64,000 bases of DNA from an uncultured Candidatus Woesearchaeota archaeon (GCA_963724455.1 CAVRUV010000024.1:19-64018); one strand, 5' to 3'. Shown: positions 28,549 through 39,031, numbered from the stretch's first letter. The notes: a model not told the origin generated them from the sequence alone. Made by a program: numbers and translations.

Positions 28549-29310
28549 ATGGATAACGAACTAGAAGACTCACAGAATCTTTCTTCCCTATTATGGTTCG
28601 ATCCTATTCTTATTGCGGGAAATATTGGAAGCGGCGGCATTAGAGGGCGCATTCCTTCAGCATTTAGAGGATATCTTAGTAAAGAGCTTGAGCAAAGACA
28701 CTGTTTAGGAAATCTTGATTTTATCGACGATGTTGTGAAAGCATCCATCATATTTCCTTCTACAAAAGAGTTTCAGAAATTCAAAGATAAACAAAATGGC
28801 ATCAATGCTCAGGTGGATATGTATGCATATTTTATTGATCAGATTTGCACTCGTATGCGTAATGTTGTAAATTCTGATGAATTGGCAGCGTTATATGTTG
28901 AAAATAGAGCTGAATTACGTATTTATGTGCGTAAAGAAATTAAAAAACTTCGAGCGAAACTTGAAAAAAGCAATGAATCTTCTAATTTCATTAAATCCTG
29001 TTATTCAAAAGCAAAAATTGAATTTGATACCCCTAAAGATTTGTTTTCTGAACTTGAACAATCGATAAGGGTAGCAGCTCTTAAGTTGGGATGTATGGAT
29101 GCTTCAACTAATTTAGAAACTACAGAACTTCCGATTTTTGTCTCTTATGCTATTGATAGAAATTTTGATATTGGGCACACAGTTAAGAGCTCTTTAAGCG
29201 AGTTAATGAGGGTTATGAAGATAAAAACTCTCGATGATTATACAACCGATCGTCTTGAAGTAGCTCTTGTTACTGCTGTTGAAGCATGGAAATATGATAC
29301 TCCTAATTGA
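28549..29310 (+). CDS. hypothetical protein
   Basis: 253-aa ORF with compositional fit to neighbouring genes. No recognisable motif. Confidence 0.4.
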   Translation: MDNELEDSQNLSSLLWFDPILIAGNIGSGGIRGRIPSAFRGYLSKELEQRHCLGNLDFIDDVVKASIIFPSTKEFQKFKDKQNGINAQVDMYAYFIDQICTRMRNVVNSDELAALYVENRAELRIYVRKEIKKLRAKLEKSNESSNFIKSCYSKAKIEFDTPKDLFSELEQSIRVAALKLGCMDASTNLETTELPIFVSYAIDRNFDIGHTVKSSLSELMRVMKIKTLDDYTTDRLEVALVTAVEAWKYDTPN

Positions 29311-29362
29311 ATGTTTAGCTGAAAACTGTGCTGAATAGACACACAAAATATATTTCTTTCGT

Positions 29363-32300
29363 CTAACTGCAACCAGTTGTTGTTCCGCAATCTAAGCACA
29401 CTGAACAACTACCATTTTGTTTTACTTTCATGCTAGCGCATTGGCTACAGCTTTCTCCAGTATATCCTTGCTGTTTTGCATTGCTGATTATAGTCGATCT
29501 TGTATCAACTTTTTTCGCTGTCGTTTGAGCAGAGGGTATTGTGTGCGAATTGTTTGTATCTTGTGCAGAATTGTGCACAACATCATGCGCAACCGAGGTG
29601 TTGGCATTTTTTGCGCGAACACTTACGTTTAACGTAGTCTGATTTTTTGGTTTTGTTTTCACATGAACAAGATCATCACGATCAAGGTATTCATGACCTA
29701 GCACTCTGAATATATAATCAAGTACTGATGTCGCTTGCTTTATGTGATGGTCTCCAGTGACTACTCCAGCTGGCTCGAATCTTGTGAATGTGAATTTCTC
29801 CACATACTCTTCAAGAGGCACGCCATATTGAAGACCAAGACTGACTGAAGTTGCAAAGCCATTCATGAGGCTACGAAATGCTACTCCTTCCTTGTACATC
29901 TCAACGTGCAATTCTCCTAGTGCACCATCTTCGTATTCACCAGTTTTGATGACTACACGATGTCCACCAACGTCAGCTTCCTGAGTAAATCCTGCACGAC
30001 GTGCTGGCATTTTGTTGTGGGCTGCAGCTGCAGCAAGAGCTTCTTGCACAACTTCTGGCGTTACTGTCTCGTCGATATCATCGTTGCTTTCAAGCTTTAG
30101 CAATTCAGCATCAAGATCGTTTGTCGTAGAGTTTAGCGGCTGGCTTAGTTTGCATCCATCACGGTAGAGCGCAACAGCCTTTACCATTAGTTTCCATGAT
30201 AGCGTGTATGCATTGCTGATATCAGTTATTGTTGCTTCTTTAGACATGTTGATTGTCTTGCTAATTGCGCCCGAAATGAAAGGTTGCACTGCAGACATCA
30301 TCTTGATGTGAGCTTCATACGCAATATATCTTGTTCCGTATCGACCACACTTGTTTGCACAATCAAAAATCGAATAATACTCTTTTTCTAGGTGCGGAGC
30401 TCCTTCAATAGTCATGCGTCCACAAACATAATCGTTAGCTTCAGAAATATCTTCTCTGTTAAAGCCGAGTGCTTCAAGTACATTGAGTTGTGGATCATTG
30501 ACTTGTTCATCGGAAAGTCCGATATTCTTTAGCACATCTTGGCCTAATGCATATGAATTGATCGCAAAATTAAGTTGGAATGCTGTTGGCAATTGTGTTT
30601 CTATTGCATTAATTTTTTCTTGCGGAATTCCTTTTGCTATCAATGTTTCATGATTGATTGCGGGTGCGTTCTTTAATGTACCATGACCAATTGCATATTC
30701 TACGATATCCTTTATTTGCGCATCATTGTATTTTAGATTCTTCAATGCAAGCGGAACACTGCTGTTTACAATTTTTAGATAACCGCCGCCTGCAAGTTTT
30801 TTGTATTTTACGAGTGCAAAATCTGGTTCAACTCCAGTAGTATCGCAGTCCATAACTAAACCGATAGTTCCCGTCGGAGCAATTACTGTGACTTGAGCAT
30901 TACGATAGCCGTATTTTTCTCCGTAATCTAGGGCACGATCCCAGCATTCTTTAGCTGCGTTAAGAAGTTGAGATGGACACAATTCTTGATTAATCGCTTG
31001 CGGCTTGATAGTGAGTCCGTCATATTCATTTTCTTTAGCGTGGTGCGCTGCACGCTTATGATTGCGTATAACTCGAAGCATTTCGTTCTTATTATTTTCA
31101 TAACGTTTGAATGGGCCGATGTGTGAAGCTATCTCAGCAGATGTTGCATATGCTTCTCCGCCCATGATTGCGCTAATTGCGCCAGCAATTGTTCTTGCTT
31201 TGTCGCTATCGTATGCAATACCTTGGCGCATCAGGATGGTTCCGAGGTTAGCATAACCAAGACCGAGCGTTCTATACTCGTAGCTTCGTTTTGCAATTTC
31301 CTTGCTTGGGAATTGCGCCATGAGTACGCTGATTTCGAGTACTGTTGTCCATATTCTGCAGACGTGCTTGAATCCATCAACATCAAATTCATTTTTGTTG
31401 TTTAGGAACTTTGATAAGTTTATGCTTGCAAGGTTGCACGCAGTATCATCTAAGAACATGTATTCAGAGCAAGGATTGCTCGCATTGATTCTGCCATCTT
31501 TTGGGCAGGTGTGCCATTCGTTGATTGTATCATCGTATTGCACGCCTGGATCAGCTGAAGCCCATGCTGCAAAACAGATTCTATCCCAAAGTGCGCGTGC
31601 TTGCAATGTCTTTGAAACTTTTCTATCTGTTCTATTGATTAATTCCCATTGCATGTTTTTTTCAAGAGCAAAGAAGAATCTGTTTGGAATGCGGATGCTG
31701 TTGTTGCTATTCTGTCCGCTCACTGTATTGTATGCATCACTCTCGAAATGCGTGTTGTATACTGGAAGCGAGATGTCGGTGATTCCCATTTTTGCAAGCT
31801 GCAATGTCTTGCTAATTGAAGCGAGTGGAACATTGAGACTCATTGCGTGTTTTATTGCGCCTCTGAGTTCATCATTTGTTGTAAGATCAAAATTCTTTGT
31901 TCTTTTTGCAATTTCAATAATTGGTTTTATTCCATCGTGAATTGATTTGCTACCTGCGACAAGGTCTGCAACTTTTTGTTCTTCTATCATTTTCCAGTCA
32001 ATGAATGATTCAATTTCTGGATGATCAAGGTCTAAACAAACCATCTTTGCTGCACGTCTGGTTGTACCGCCGCTCTTGACCGAGCCTGCTGCACAATCAT
32101 TAATTTTTAGAAATGACATGATTCCTGAACTTTTTCCTCCACCGGAGAGTGATTCGCCCGAACCACGTAAAGCTGAAAAATTTGTTCCTGTCCCTGAACC
32201 GTATTTGAAAATTCTTGCTTCTCTAGTTATCAGATCGAAGATGCCTCCTTCATTGACAAGATCGTCTCTAATACCTTGAATAAAACATGCGTGCGGTTGC

Positions 32301-32869
32301 GGTCTTGTATATGCATCAGCACTGAGTTTTAGTTCGCCGGTTATTGGATCGGCATACCAGTGTCCTTGCGCAGTACCTACGATGCCGTATTTATGTGCGA
32401 GACCAGTATTGAACCATTGCGGAGAATTTGGTGCTGCGATTTGATCTACTATAGTAAATGTGATTTCGTCTTCGAATGCTTGTGCATCTTCTTTGCTTGC
32501 AAAATAACCGAACTGTTCGCCCCAATGACGCCAACATCCACTCATGCGATTTGCAACTTGCCTAATGCTTGTTTCTCTACCTAGAATTTGTTTTCCTTCT
32601 TCATCTTTTAATGGGTGTCCGCTTATATCTGTTTGTGGGACTCCTGCTTTTCTAAAATATTTCTGCGCAAGGATATCGGTGGCGACCTGGCTCCAGAAAG
32701 TTGGGACTTCAATATCTTTTATTTCAAAGACTTTTGTACCATCAGGATTTTTTATTATAGAGAGTCTTTTTTCGTAATTGAATACTGCTAGAGGATCTTG
32801 ACCTGCCTTAGTATATCTTCTTTGAATCTTGAGTCCCTTGCCTGGGTTTGTTGCCACCATAATTACCAC
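29363..32869 (-). CDS. nrdJ: class II adenosylcobalamin-dependent ribonucleotide reductase, long form with a C-terminal Cys cluster
   Basis: 1168 aa. Motifs: [65 protein letters not shown]-terminal [28 protein letters not shown]. No ATP-cone. Confidence 0.85.
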   Translation of the reverse strand: MVIMVATNPGKGLKIQRRYTKAGQDPLAVFNYEKRLSIIKNPDGTKVFEIKDIEVPTFWSQVATDILAQKYFRKAGVPQTDISGHPLKDEEGKQILGRETSIRQVANRMSGCWRHWGEQFGYFASKEDAQAFEDEITFTIVDQIAAPNSPQWFNTGLAHKYGIVGTAQGHWYADPITGELKLSADAYTRPQPHACFIQGIRDDLVNEGGIFDLITREARIFKYGSGTGTNFSALRGSGESLSGGGKSSGIMSFLKINDCAAGSVKSGGTTRRAAKMVCLDLDHPEIESFIDWKMIEEQKVADLVAGSKSIHDGIKPIIEIAKRTKNFDLTTNDELRGAIKHAMSLNVPLASISKTLQLAKMGITDISLPVYNTHFESDAYNTVSGQNSNNSIRIPNRFFFALEKNMQWELINRTDRKVSKTLQARALWDRICFAAWASADPGVQYDDTINEWHTCPKDGRINASNPCSEYMFLDDTACNLASINLSKFLNNKNEFDVDGFKHVCRIWTTVLEISVLMAQFPSKEIAKRSYEYRTLGLGYANLGTILMRQGIAYDSDKARTIAGAISAIMGGEAYATSAEIASHIGPFKRYENNKNEMLRVIRNHKRAAHHAKENEYDGLTIKPQAINQELCPSQLLNAAKECWDRALDYGEKYGYRNAQVTVIAPTGTIGLVMDCDTTGVEPDFALVKYKKLAGGGYLKIVNSSVPLALKNLKYNDAQIKDIVEYAIGHGTLKNAPAINHETLIAKGIPQEKINAIETQLPTAFQLNFAINSYALGQDVLKNIGLSDEQVNDPQLNVLEALGFNREDISEANDYVCGRMTIEGAPHLEKEYYSIFDCANKCGRYGTRYIAYEAHIKMMSAVQPFISGAISKTINMSKEATITDISNAYTLSWKLMVKAVALYRDGCKLSQPLNSTTNDLDAELLKLESNDDIDETVTPEVVQEALAAAAAHNKMPARRAGFTQEADVGGHRVVIKTGEYEDGALGELHVEMYKEGVAFRSLMNGFATSVSLGLQYGVPLEEYVEKFTFTRFEPAGVVTGDHHIKQATSVLDYIFRVLGHEYLDRDDLVHVKTKPKNQTTLNVSVRAKNANTSVAHDVVHNSAQDTNNSHTIPSAQTTAKKVDTRSTIISNAKQQGYTGESCSQCASMKVKQNGSCSVCLDCGTTTGCS

Positions 32870-33303
32870 CCTATATACTATCTATTTACTAATAAACACT
32901 ATCTGTAGTGCTTTTTATTTTTTGACACGCAATGCGTAGTTATTATTGGGGTGATGGTACTTTATATTATTGGTTGGTGGCGGAGATATAGTTTGCGATA
33001 TGTATGCGCTAAACGTTGAAAAAATTTAGAAGGTTTTAGATTGGCGAATTCAACGGTTTTAAGGGTTATTTTTATTAGGTTTATTTAGTATTTTTTGTTT
33101 GATTTTGTGTCATGTTGGTATTATTTGATGGTTTTCTTTATTTGGTATTGTTGCTTATGTTGTATTTTCCCTAGTGTCTTCTAATTTGACAATTTTCTTG
33201 CTTTGCTCATGATTTTAGGAAGAAATGGCTGTTTTTGAGTACTATAAGTAATTTTATAATGAATGGACGACTCCTATTATTATAGGGGTGTGGGGGGACT
33301 ATT

Positions 33304-33816
33304 ATGAATACTGTAGCAGACTCTATACTTCCTGATGTGAACACTTTAGAAGGTTATATTCTTGGTGTGCAAACTTGTATAGGGAGTTTTCCAGGTAGAA
33401 TAGAAACTACAGATTCTCGTCATACTTGCAAAGAAGATTCTTTTTTACGAGCAAGAAGATTATTTCCTGATTTAGACACAAGACGATACGCAGAATCTCA
33501 TTTTGATGTTGTATATGTGAATATACAAACTAATGGTGGCGTAGTGTCTATTGATGTTCCTGTTTATTGGCGAGGAGAATTCTATAAAGACGAGTCTTGT
33601 ATAGGTGAAAAATTTTTAGAAAAAATGGTTGGAAAATTTGTGCGATGCAAAATTAATTATGATGATTGGCATGAAACACATTTAACAGAGTCTTCAAAAC
33701 GAGAGTATGTATTACGATTCTTTGATGTACCCGTGGGAGTTGATGCAATGAAGCATATTTCTTCATCAAAACAAAAGCCTTTTTTCGAACTGCGATCAAG
33801 CATAGTTAGCTATTAG
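33304..33816 (+). CDS. hypothetical protein
   Basis: 170-aa ORF preceded by GGGGTGTGGGGGG. No recognisable motif. Confidence 0.4.
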   Translation: MNTVADSILPDVNTLEGYILGVQTCIGSFPGRIETTDSRHTCKEDSFLRARRLFPDLDTRRYAESHFDVVYVNIQTNGGVVSIDVPVYWRGEFYKDESCIGEKFLEKMVGKFVRCKINYDDWHETHLTESSKREYVLRFFDVPVGVDAMKHISSSKQKPFFELRSSIVSY

Positions 33817-33875
33817 ATGCTTCTTTATTTTTTTTATCTCCACTATCTTTATAATAGCTAATGAGTTCTTAGCTT

Positions 33876-34146
33876 TGTGCTAGACTGGGGCGTTAGCCGT
33901 GCCTTGTAACTACAAACCGGCTTCATGGTAGAGTCGAAGCCCGTGCTGAGGCGTTTAGCTTCTTAGCATAAGTCGCAGTGTGACCGTCGATCCTGTGTCC
34001 GTACTGATGTGTCCTTAGCTGAAAATTGTCAGGCGAGGAATCGAGCAGCAATAAGGCAATTGATGCGTGTAGTACGGGTTGCATAGAGGAGGAAATACTG
34101 TGTCCCTTATGTTAAGCGAGCGGCATCCAAGTGCGGGCGTGCACAC
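33876..34146 (+). ncRNA. signal recognition particle RNA (archaeal 7S-type)
   Basis: An ORF-free GC-rich island in AT-rich DNA. The helix 8 region GTCAGGCGAGGAATCGAGCAGCAATAAGGCAATTGATGCGTGTAGTACGGG parallels E. coli 4.5S GUCAGGUCCGGAAGGAAGCAGCCAAGGCAGAUGACGCGUGUGCCGGG. The 5' TGTGC pairs with the 3' GCACA. A TTTATAAT box lies about 25 nt upstream and a T7 run follows directly. The ends are approximate. Confidence 0.8.
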
Positions 34147-34223
34147 TTTTTTTATCTTCAAATAACGACTTTTTCTCGATAAAAAACGAAAGATTTATAA
34201 ACTAAAATTACTACTATTAAGTA

Positions 34224-34964
34224 ATGACATATTCGCGTTCAAGGGCAGTTGTTCCAGAGCGAACATTACTAGTATACGACCTTGATGGTACGCTATTAGA
34301 TTCTAAACAAAAAATAATCAACGATTGGAAAAGCGCAGCACACCTATTGATTAGCGAGTCATATCCATCAGGTATGAACCCAGATGAAATCAATACTGCA
34401 GAATTTGATGTTATATCAAAACAATGCGGTATTCCAGTAAATATTGCACTCAAAATTGTTTCAACGCACAGAAGGTGCATAGGCAGAACTTGGACGAACG
34501 CATTTTTGAATAATGAAGTGCAACTATTTCCAGATGTATTGCCGAATTTAGAATCGTTAACGCAATTCGGGTATGATTATAACGCTCTTGTTACAAGAAG
34601 CGATGTTCTTGCAACTGCAGAAAAACTAAGTTTTCTTCCAGAAATGATGAACTATTTTATGTCACCGCACTATGTCACTCCATTGAACGCAGAAAATAAA
34701 ATCCACGAAATTGAACAAGCAGTGTTTCACACACAACAAATCGGTATGAATTTACAACGCGTCTTTATTATTGACGATCGCGATGATGGCATTAAAGGAG
34801 TAGATAATTTGCGCGCAAAATATAACTCAAAAAATAAAGAAGAAACAATAGAGTTTATATCTGTGCATATGAGACGAGGTTCTACTCCTACAATAAAAGG
34901 ATTTAATTGTTCAGTAGATTCAATGGACAAATTATGTGAATTATTAAAATCATATCAATCGTGA
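34224..34964 (+). CDS. HAD-superfamily hydrolase
   Basis: Motif I LLVYDLDGTLLDS and a late IIDDRDDGIKG motif. The GTGA overlap with the next gene suggests an operon. Confidence 0.65.
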   Translation: MTYSRSRAVVPERTLLVYDLDGTLLDSKQKIINDWKSAAHLLISESYPSGMNPDEINTAEFDVISKQCGIPVNIALKIVSTHRRCIGRTWTNAFLNNEVQLFPDVLPNLESLTQFGYDYNALVTRSDVLATAEKLSFLPEMMNYFMSPHYVTPLNAENKIHEIEQAVFHTQQIGMNLQRVFIIDDRDDGIKGVDNLRAKYNSKNKEETIEFISVHMRRGSTPTIKGFNCSVDSMDKLCELLKSYQS

Positions 34965-35938
34965 AGAGAATGGAAATAAACGATAGTATTGTACAAGATG
35001 TTGCAAAAGCTGCATTCCCTCATGATGCACTAATTTCATGTTCTAGAATCCCAGAAGGATATTCTCATTACATGTATAGATGCAAGTTCACTCAACACGG
35101 CGATCTAATCTTGCGCATTGCAAGACCTGACCAAAAAGAAGAGACGAATTTAGATAAAGAATTATGGGTTATGAAAGCTTTTGAGAACGCTGGAGTTATT
35201 GTTCCAAAGATTATACTGCATGATTTTTCCGAAAAAAAGTTTCCATTCCATTATTTATTTATGACACAGCTACGTGGAAAACCTCTCGATACATTATTGC
35301 CATCGATGTCTGAACACGATAAAAAAATAATCTTGCACGATGTTGGAGTAATGCTTGCAAAGATGCATTCAATTACCATGCCAGACTTTGGCGATGTGCT
35401 AGCTGGTGGAATCATTAAGCAGCAAAAATCATTCCAGTTCAGGCAAATCGATAAAGCTCCACCACGTTCAACATGGGTTGCATATTTTTTCGAAGAAGTT
35501 GGAGAACAATTATCTGAACTATTATCTTATGGAGTTATTACTTCGCAAGAAGCAAGTAAAATCATCACGTTTGTTTATAGTAAATTAGATTTAATAAAAG
35601 AATCTCGCCCAGTTCTAGCACATCTTGACTTGATGACAAGCCACATCTTTATTGAGGATGGAAAGATTATGGGCATTATTGATTTCGAGTTTTCGCAGAG
35701 CTATCCTGCAGAATTTGATTTTGTCAAGTTTTCTCGTGAAGGATTATTGGATGATCCTCTTGCTAAAAAAGCATTGCTTGATGGTTATGGAAGAGAGAAA
35801 TTATCTTCGCACTTTGATGAACTCGTTGTAGTATATCGCATTGTTCGTGATCTGGGATTATCAAGGTATACTGCAAAAAGCGGCGATCTTGATAAATGTC
35901 ATAAGACATTGCAAAGAATATTATCAGTTATAGAATGA
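34961..35938 (+). CDS. aminoglycoside/choline-kinase-type phosphotransferase (APH family)
   Basis: Catalytic loop LAHLDLMTSHIFIEDGKIMGIIDFEFS (HxD...DFE). The N-terminal lobe has LILRIARP. Confidence 0.7.
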   Translation: MKRMEINDSIVQDVAKAAFPHDALISCSRIPEGYSHYMYRCKFTQHGDLILRIARPDQKEETNLDKELWVMKAFENAGVIVPKIILHDFSEKKFPFHYLFMTQLRGKPLDTLLPSMSEHDKKIILHDVGVMLAKMHSITMPDFGDVLAGGIIKQQKSFQFRQIDKAPPRSTWVAYFFEEVGEQLSELLSYGVITSQEASKIITFVYSKLDLIKESRPVLAHLDLMTSHIFIEDGKIMGIIDFEFSQSYPAEFDFVKFSREGLLDDPLAKKALLDGYGREKLSSHFDELVVVYRIVRDLGLSRYTAKSGDLDKCHKTLQRILSVIE

Positions 35939-35975
35939 ATAATCGTACTTTTTTAATTTGTTATATTTCTAATAT

Positions 35976-36584
35976 TCAACTCTTTAGTTCAGAAAAATAA
36001 GTACTTAGCAAGTCATTTCTTTCGTATCGCGTGCGTTTTGGTAAGTTTTGTTTTCCTAAAGGTCTGAATTTATTTGTTAATTCAACCATATGAACTGGTA
36101 TTCCGTCGAATCTTGAAAATGCGCCCATTTGCGCATATCCTTCTTCTACTGCTCGTGCGATATCGTTATCTGATACTCTATTCCATCTATTGCGCACCAC
36201 ATCATCATATGGCAGTGCAAAAAAGTAACCGACCTTTTTTGCTTGTTCTGAAAATAAATCTACAACTCTTTCTATGTCAGGAGATCCGCTAAGGAATGAT
36301 TTTGCGCTTATGAGATTCTTTTGGACTTTTTCTGGAACAGGTAAGATTATTTGCCCCTTCAATCCTTTAGTAGGACAGCCATCAACTTCTAAGATCATAT
36401 GGGCTATATCTAGGTCTTTTTCAGTATAAACTCCATATTTGGTAATCATTTTAATATAATCAAGCCCGAATAATTTATCTAATTTTTTAGACATAAATGT
36501 AGTAGCAAAGAATGCGTAATCAGTATCGGGTAATCTTCCGAATCTAAGTACTTCGAGCTCTTTTAGTACAATTTCGTCAACCAT
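35976..36584 (-). CDS. hypothetical protein
   Basis: 202-aa ORF downstream of, and co-directional with, the pilin-like gene. No motif recognised. Confidence 0.4.
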   Translation of the reverse strand: MVDEIVLKELEVLRFGRLPDTDYAFFATTFMSKKLDKLFGLDYIKMITKYGVYTEKDLDIAHMILEVDGCPTKGLKGQIILPVPEKVQKNLISAKSFLSGSPDIERVVDLFSEQAKKVGYFFALPYDDVVRNRWNRVSDNDIARAVEEGYAQMGAFSRFDGIPVHMVELTNKFRPLGKQNLPKRTRYERNDLLSTYFSELKS

Positions 36585-36635
36585 ACTACTCGTAAATAGT
36601 GATTATTTTATAAAGTTTATTGTGTTTAGAATAAC

Positions 36636-37085
36636 TTACTGGGTTTTGATGTTGATTTCACCAGTAGTTGTATGATTGTAGTCGCCAGTCACTTTAGAAT
36701 AGACGATGGATCCTTGCAGTTTTATTTGTTTTTTATTGAAAGCATTGAACTGGCATTGGAACGCCGTTTGGTTTTCAATTGCCATTTCAGTGGGTGTTGG
36801 TGTGCAACTGGTTTTTTGGCCTTCTCCAGTTACATTGAATGTATAAACAGTAATTCCTTCTCCTAAATTATTTTTTAAATAGAGCATGACATTATCTTTT
36901 GCGCCAGCATTTATTACTGTGAACTGCGTGCAATCAAGACCTTGTGAGAATAAGCACTTTTCCGGAATCGTATTGCTTAACGAGAATACACCAAAATAAG
37001 CGAGTGCGCCAATAGCAGCTAAAGCAGCAATAAGAGCCCAACCATAAGTCATTAGGAATTCAATTGCAGCTTGAGCGCGACGCAT
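36636..37085 (-). CDS. archaeal class III (type IV pilin-like) signal-peptide protein
   Basis: N-terminus MRRAQAAIEFLMTYGWALIAALAAIGALAYF is the archaeal prepilin/DUF361-type signal: a basic segment, then the QAAIEF cleavage region, then a hydrophobic helix. Confidence 0.75.
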   Translation of the reverse strand: MRRAQAAIEFLMTYGWALIAALAAIGALAYFGVFSLSNTIPEKCLFSQGLDCTQFTVINAGAKDNVMLYLKNNLGEGITVYTFNVTGEGQKTSCTPTPTEMAIENQTAFQCQFNAFNKKQIKLQGSIVYSKVTGDYNHTTTGEINIKTQ

Positions 37086-37199
37086 AAGAATACTTCTTGA
37101 TGTATTTGTTTATAAGAGTTGTTAGAATCGGAATTATTATTTGTTTAGGATTTCGTTATGTTTTTAACTAAGTAGATAATTCTGTATTTGGGGCATAAA

Positions 37200-37643
37200 A
37201 TGAATTATATCATTAAGGATTTTGAGTTTCACAGCTTTGGACTCGGACAACAGTTGTATGCTAGTGGAAATACATGTACCTGCAATCATGATCCAAACAT
37301 TATCTTAATGGTTCATACCTCTAAAAATTATTGGAGTCCTAAATTATCTGACGAACAATTGTTAGATAGTATTGCTTTAGTTTATCCGGATTTAGACGAG
37401 ATTCATCGTTGGGCTTTTGATGGTGTTAATCTTTGTAGGTCACACGGAGAATGGATTGTTGCAAGTCAAGGAACTTTTAGTGAAAATCTATTAGGGTCTC
37501 TTGATCAAAACCTTAAGCGATTATATTCTGAACGCGAGTTTCTAAAAACTGTTTTGTCTAAAGGATTGGAGAAAGATTCATTCCCATCATCTCGTACGCA
37601 TAAATTATTAGAGTTTATAGTGCGACAGAGCGGTTATTTTTAG
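37200..37643 (+). CDS. hypothetical protein
   Basis: ORF starting MNYIIKDF (ATG 37200, preferred over TTG 37188). No motif recognised. Confidence 0.35.
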   Translation: MNYIIKDFEFHSFGLGQQLYASGNTCTCNHDPNIILMVHTSKNYWSPKLSDEQLLDSIALVYPDLDEIHRWAFDGVNLCRSHGEWIVASQGTFSENLLGSLDQNLKRLYSEREFLKTVLSKGLEKDSFPSSRTHKLLEFIVRQSGYF

Positions 37644-37742
37644 TTCATCGTCGCACAAACCTTTATAAACGTCTTATGACTCCAGAAATTAACCGGTCAC
37701 AGACGGTGTAGAGTTTCTTCTCAGCGTTTGTGATACTACGAT

Positions 37743-37838
37743 AGTTGGTATAGTCTAATGGTAGGACGGGGGACTGTGGTGTTCAGCAATGGACACAGAA
37801 ATCCCCAGGCCCGGGTTCGATTCCCGGTACCGACTCCA
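37743..37838 (+). tRNA. tRNA-His (GUG) with a ~21-nt intron after position 37 and an encoded CCA
   Basis: Manual fold: acceptor GTTGGTA/TACCGAC, U8, D-stem GTCT/GGAC with loop AATGGTA, anticodon stem GGGGA/TCCCC, loop CT-GTG-G...A. The intron (~37780-37800) has CTGTG/CACAG pairing (helix-bulge-helix-like). T-arm CCGGG-TTCGATT-CCCGG, then T73 and CCA. Base -1 (37743) is A and can pair with T73. Confidence 0.8.
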
Positions 37839-37870
37839 TTTTTTGTTTCATCAAATACATCACTTTTTTT

Positions 37871-38947
37871 CTAATTATTGATGTGCGGACAAGGGAATCT
37901 ATCTAAATCTTCTACTGTTGCAATAGCACCATTTGGTTGTCTTGCACCTTGCGAAAATTTAACAAACGTACTGATGCCTAAATTTCTACGAATAAATGTA
38001 GCGCTATTGGTCAGTTCATTTCCTACTAAAATACCTACCTCTATATCGCTACTTTTAATGTAATCTTGTACTGCAACAGAAAATCCTTGCGCACCTACGA
38101 ATAGTACCGGGTCTGCACCAGACATTATGCCTGCGTCTATGAATTCTCCATTTGTTAGAATGATTTGTTTTGTTGCTTTGATTGAACGGTATTTCTTCAC
38201 CATTTCTATATTATCATCATAGTAATTACCATGATTTATCAATTCTGGATTGAATGGAGCTAGTGCGGTTTTGACTTCGTCTGTTACTTGTCCCAAAACA
38301 ATTATTTTTTCTGGTTTTTTTGTAGTTAGTAATCCTACGATATCGTTGATATTATTTTTATTAGCAAAAAGAATATATGATCTGTCTACCATTGCAAATG
38401 GAGCGGCGCTGATTGCATCGTAAGCATATGTGTCATTTACAATGATATATCTGTTTATGTTCGGAAGGCGTCTTGCCAATTCGAAATTCAAGTTAGATGA
38501 TTGTATTTCTATTGGATTATCATAGCCTCTGCTTCTTAGAATATCGGTATACCCAACTACAAAAGGTCTTTCTCGACTTGATAATACAAGAATATTCTTG
38601 TCAGTAGTAGGAATGGAATATAGTAAAATCGTAGAGTGTTTTGTACTAACAAGGAAATTATTAGGAGTACCTAATAAATTCGCATATAACATTCCACTAT
38701 ATACATCACGCCAATCTGCAGAATTTATGATAATGCGGTCTCCGCCAATTGCAGGAAGTTCAGTGATTGTAGGTATTTGCGGCACTTGTGGTTGAAGAGT
38801 AGTATTTGTAGGAATATTTCCTTGTACTATTTGTGGTTCTCCTACGCCATCATTATTTATTATCGTGTTTGTATTCTGACCACAACCCGTTATAAATAAG
38901 CAGAAAATAAATAATATAGTAAAAATTATCGTTGTTTTGTCTTTCAC
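37871..38947 (-). CDS. secreted lipoprotein-like protein
   Basis: N-terminus MKDKTTIIFTILFIFCLFITGCGQ is a lipobox-like LFITGC. A Pro/Gln/Thr linker and an alpha/beta-looking body follow. Confidence 0.5.
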   Translation of the reverse strand: MKDKTTIIFTILFIFCLFITGCGQNTNTIINNDGVGEPQIVQGNIPTNTTLQPQVPQIPTITELPAIGGDRIIINSADWRDVYSGMLYANLLGTPNNFLVSTKHSTILLYSIPTTDKNILVLSSRERPFVVGYTDILRSRGYDNPIEIQSSNLNFELARRLPNINRYIIVNDTYAYDAISAAPFAMVDRSYILFANKNNINDIVGLLTTKKPEKIIVLGQVTDEVKTALAPFNPELINHGNYYDDNIEMVKKYRSIKATKQIILTNGEFIDAGIMSGADPVLFVGAQGFSVAVQDYIKSSDIEVGILVGNELTNSATFIRRNLGISTFVKFSQGARQPNGAIATVEDLDRFPCPHINN

Positions 38948-39031
38948 AAGCTATTGAGTCCGTTAATAAGTATTTATAGATTACTTATTTTTTCCAGAAA
39001 CAATTATATAGTGATTTTTTAGTATGAGAGC

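Noticed and set aside
31302-31940. Long antisense or alternative-frame ORFs inside confident genes. Examples: 31302-31940, 56116-56520, 56924-57427, 8596-9084, 9139-9666, 13841-14422, 14695-15093, 18476-19305.
   Set aside because: They lie fully within, and opposite to or out of frame with, genes that carry clear family motifs. Their products are low-complexity or compositionally odd. They are shadow ORFs.
29363-32869. Considered an intein in the 1168-aa NrdJ, because of its length and a VVHNS string near the C-terminus.
   Set aside because: The RNR core motifs are contiguous, with no inserted block carrying an N-terminal Cys/Ser splice junction. The HNS lies in a low-complexity linker before the Cys-rich tail. 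The extra length is explained by N- and C-terminal extensions.
32870-33303. The 434-bp spacer upstream of the long nrdJ, considered as a possible RNase P RNA or other large ncRNA.
   Set aside because: It is very T-rich and low-complexity. I could find no conserved RNase P core strings (GAGGAAAGTCC-like) and no convincing long-range pairing by eye.
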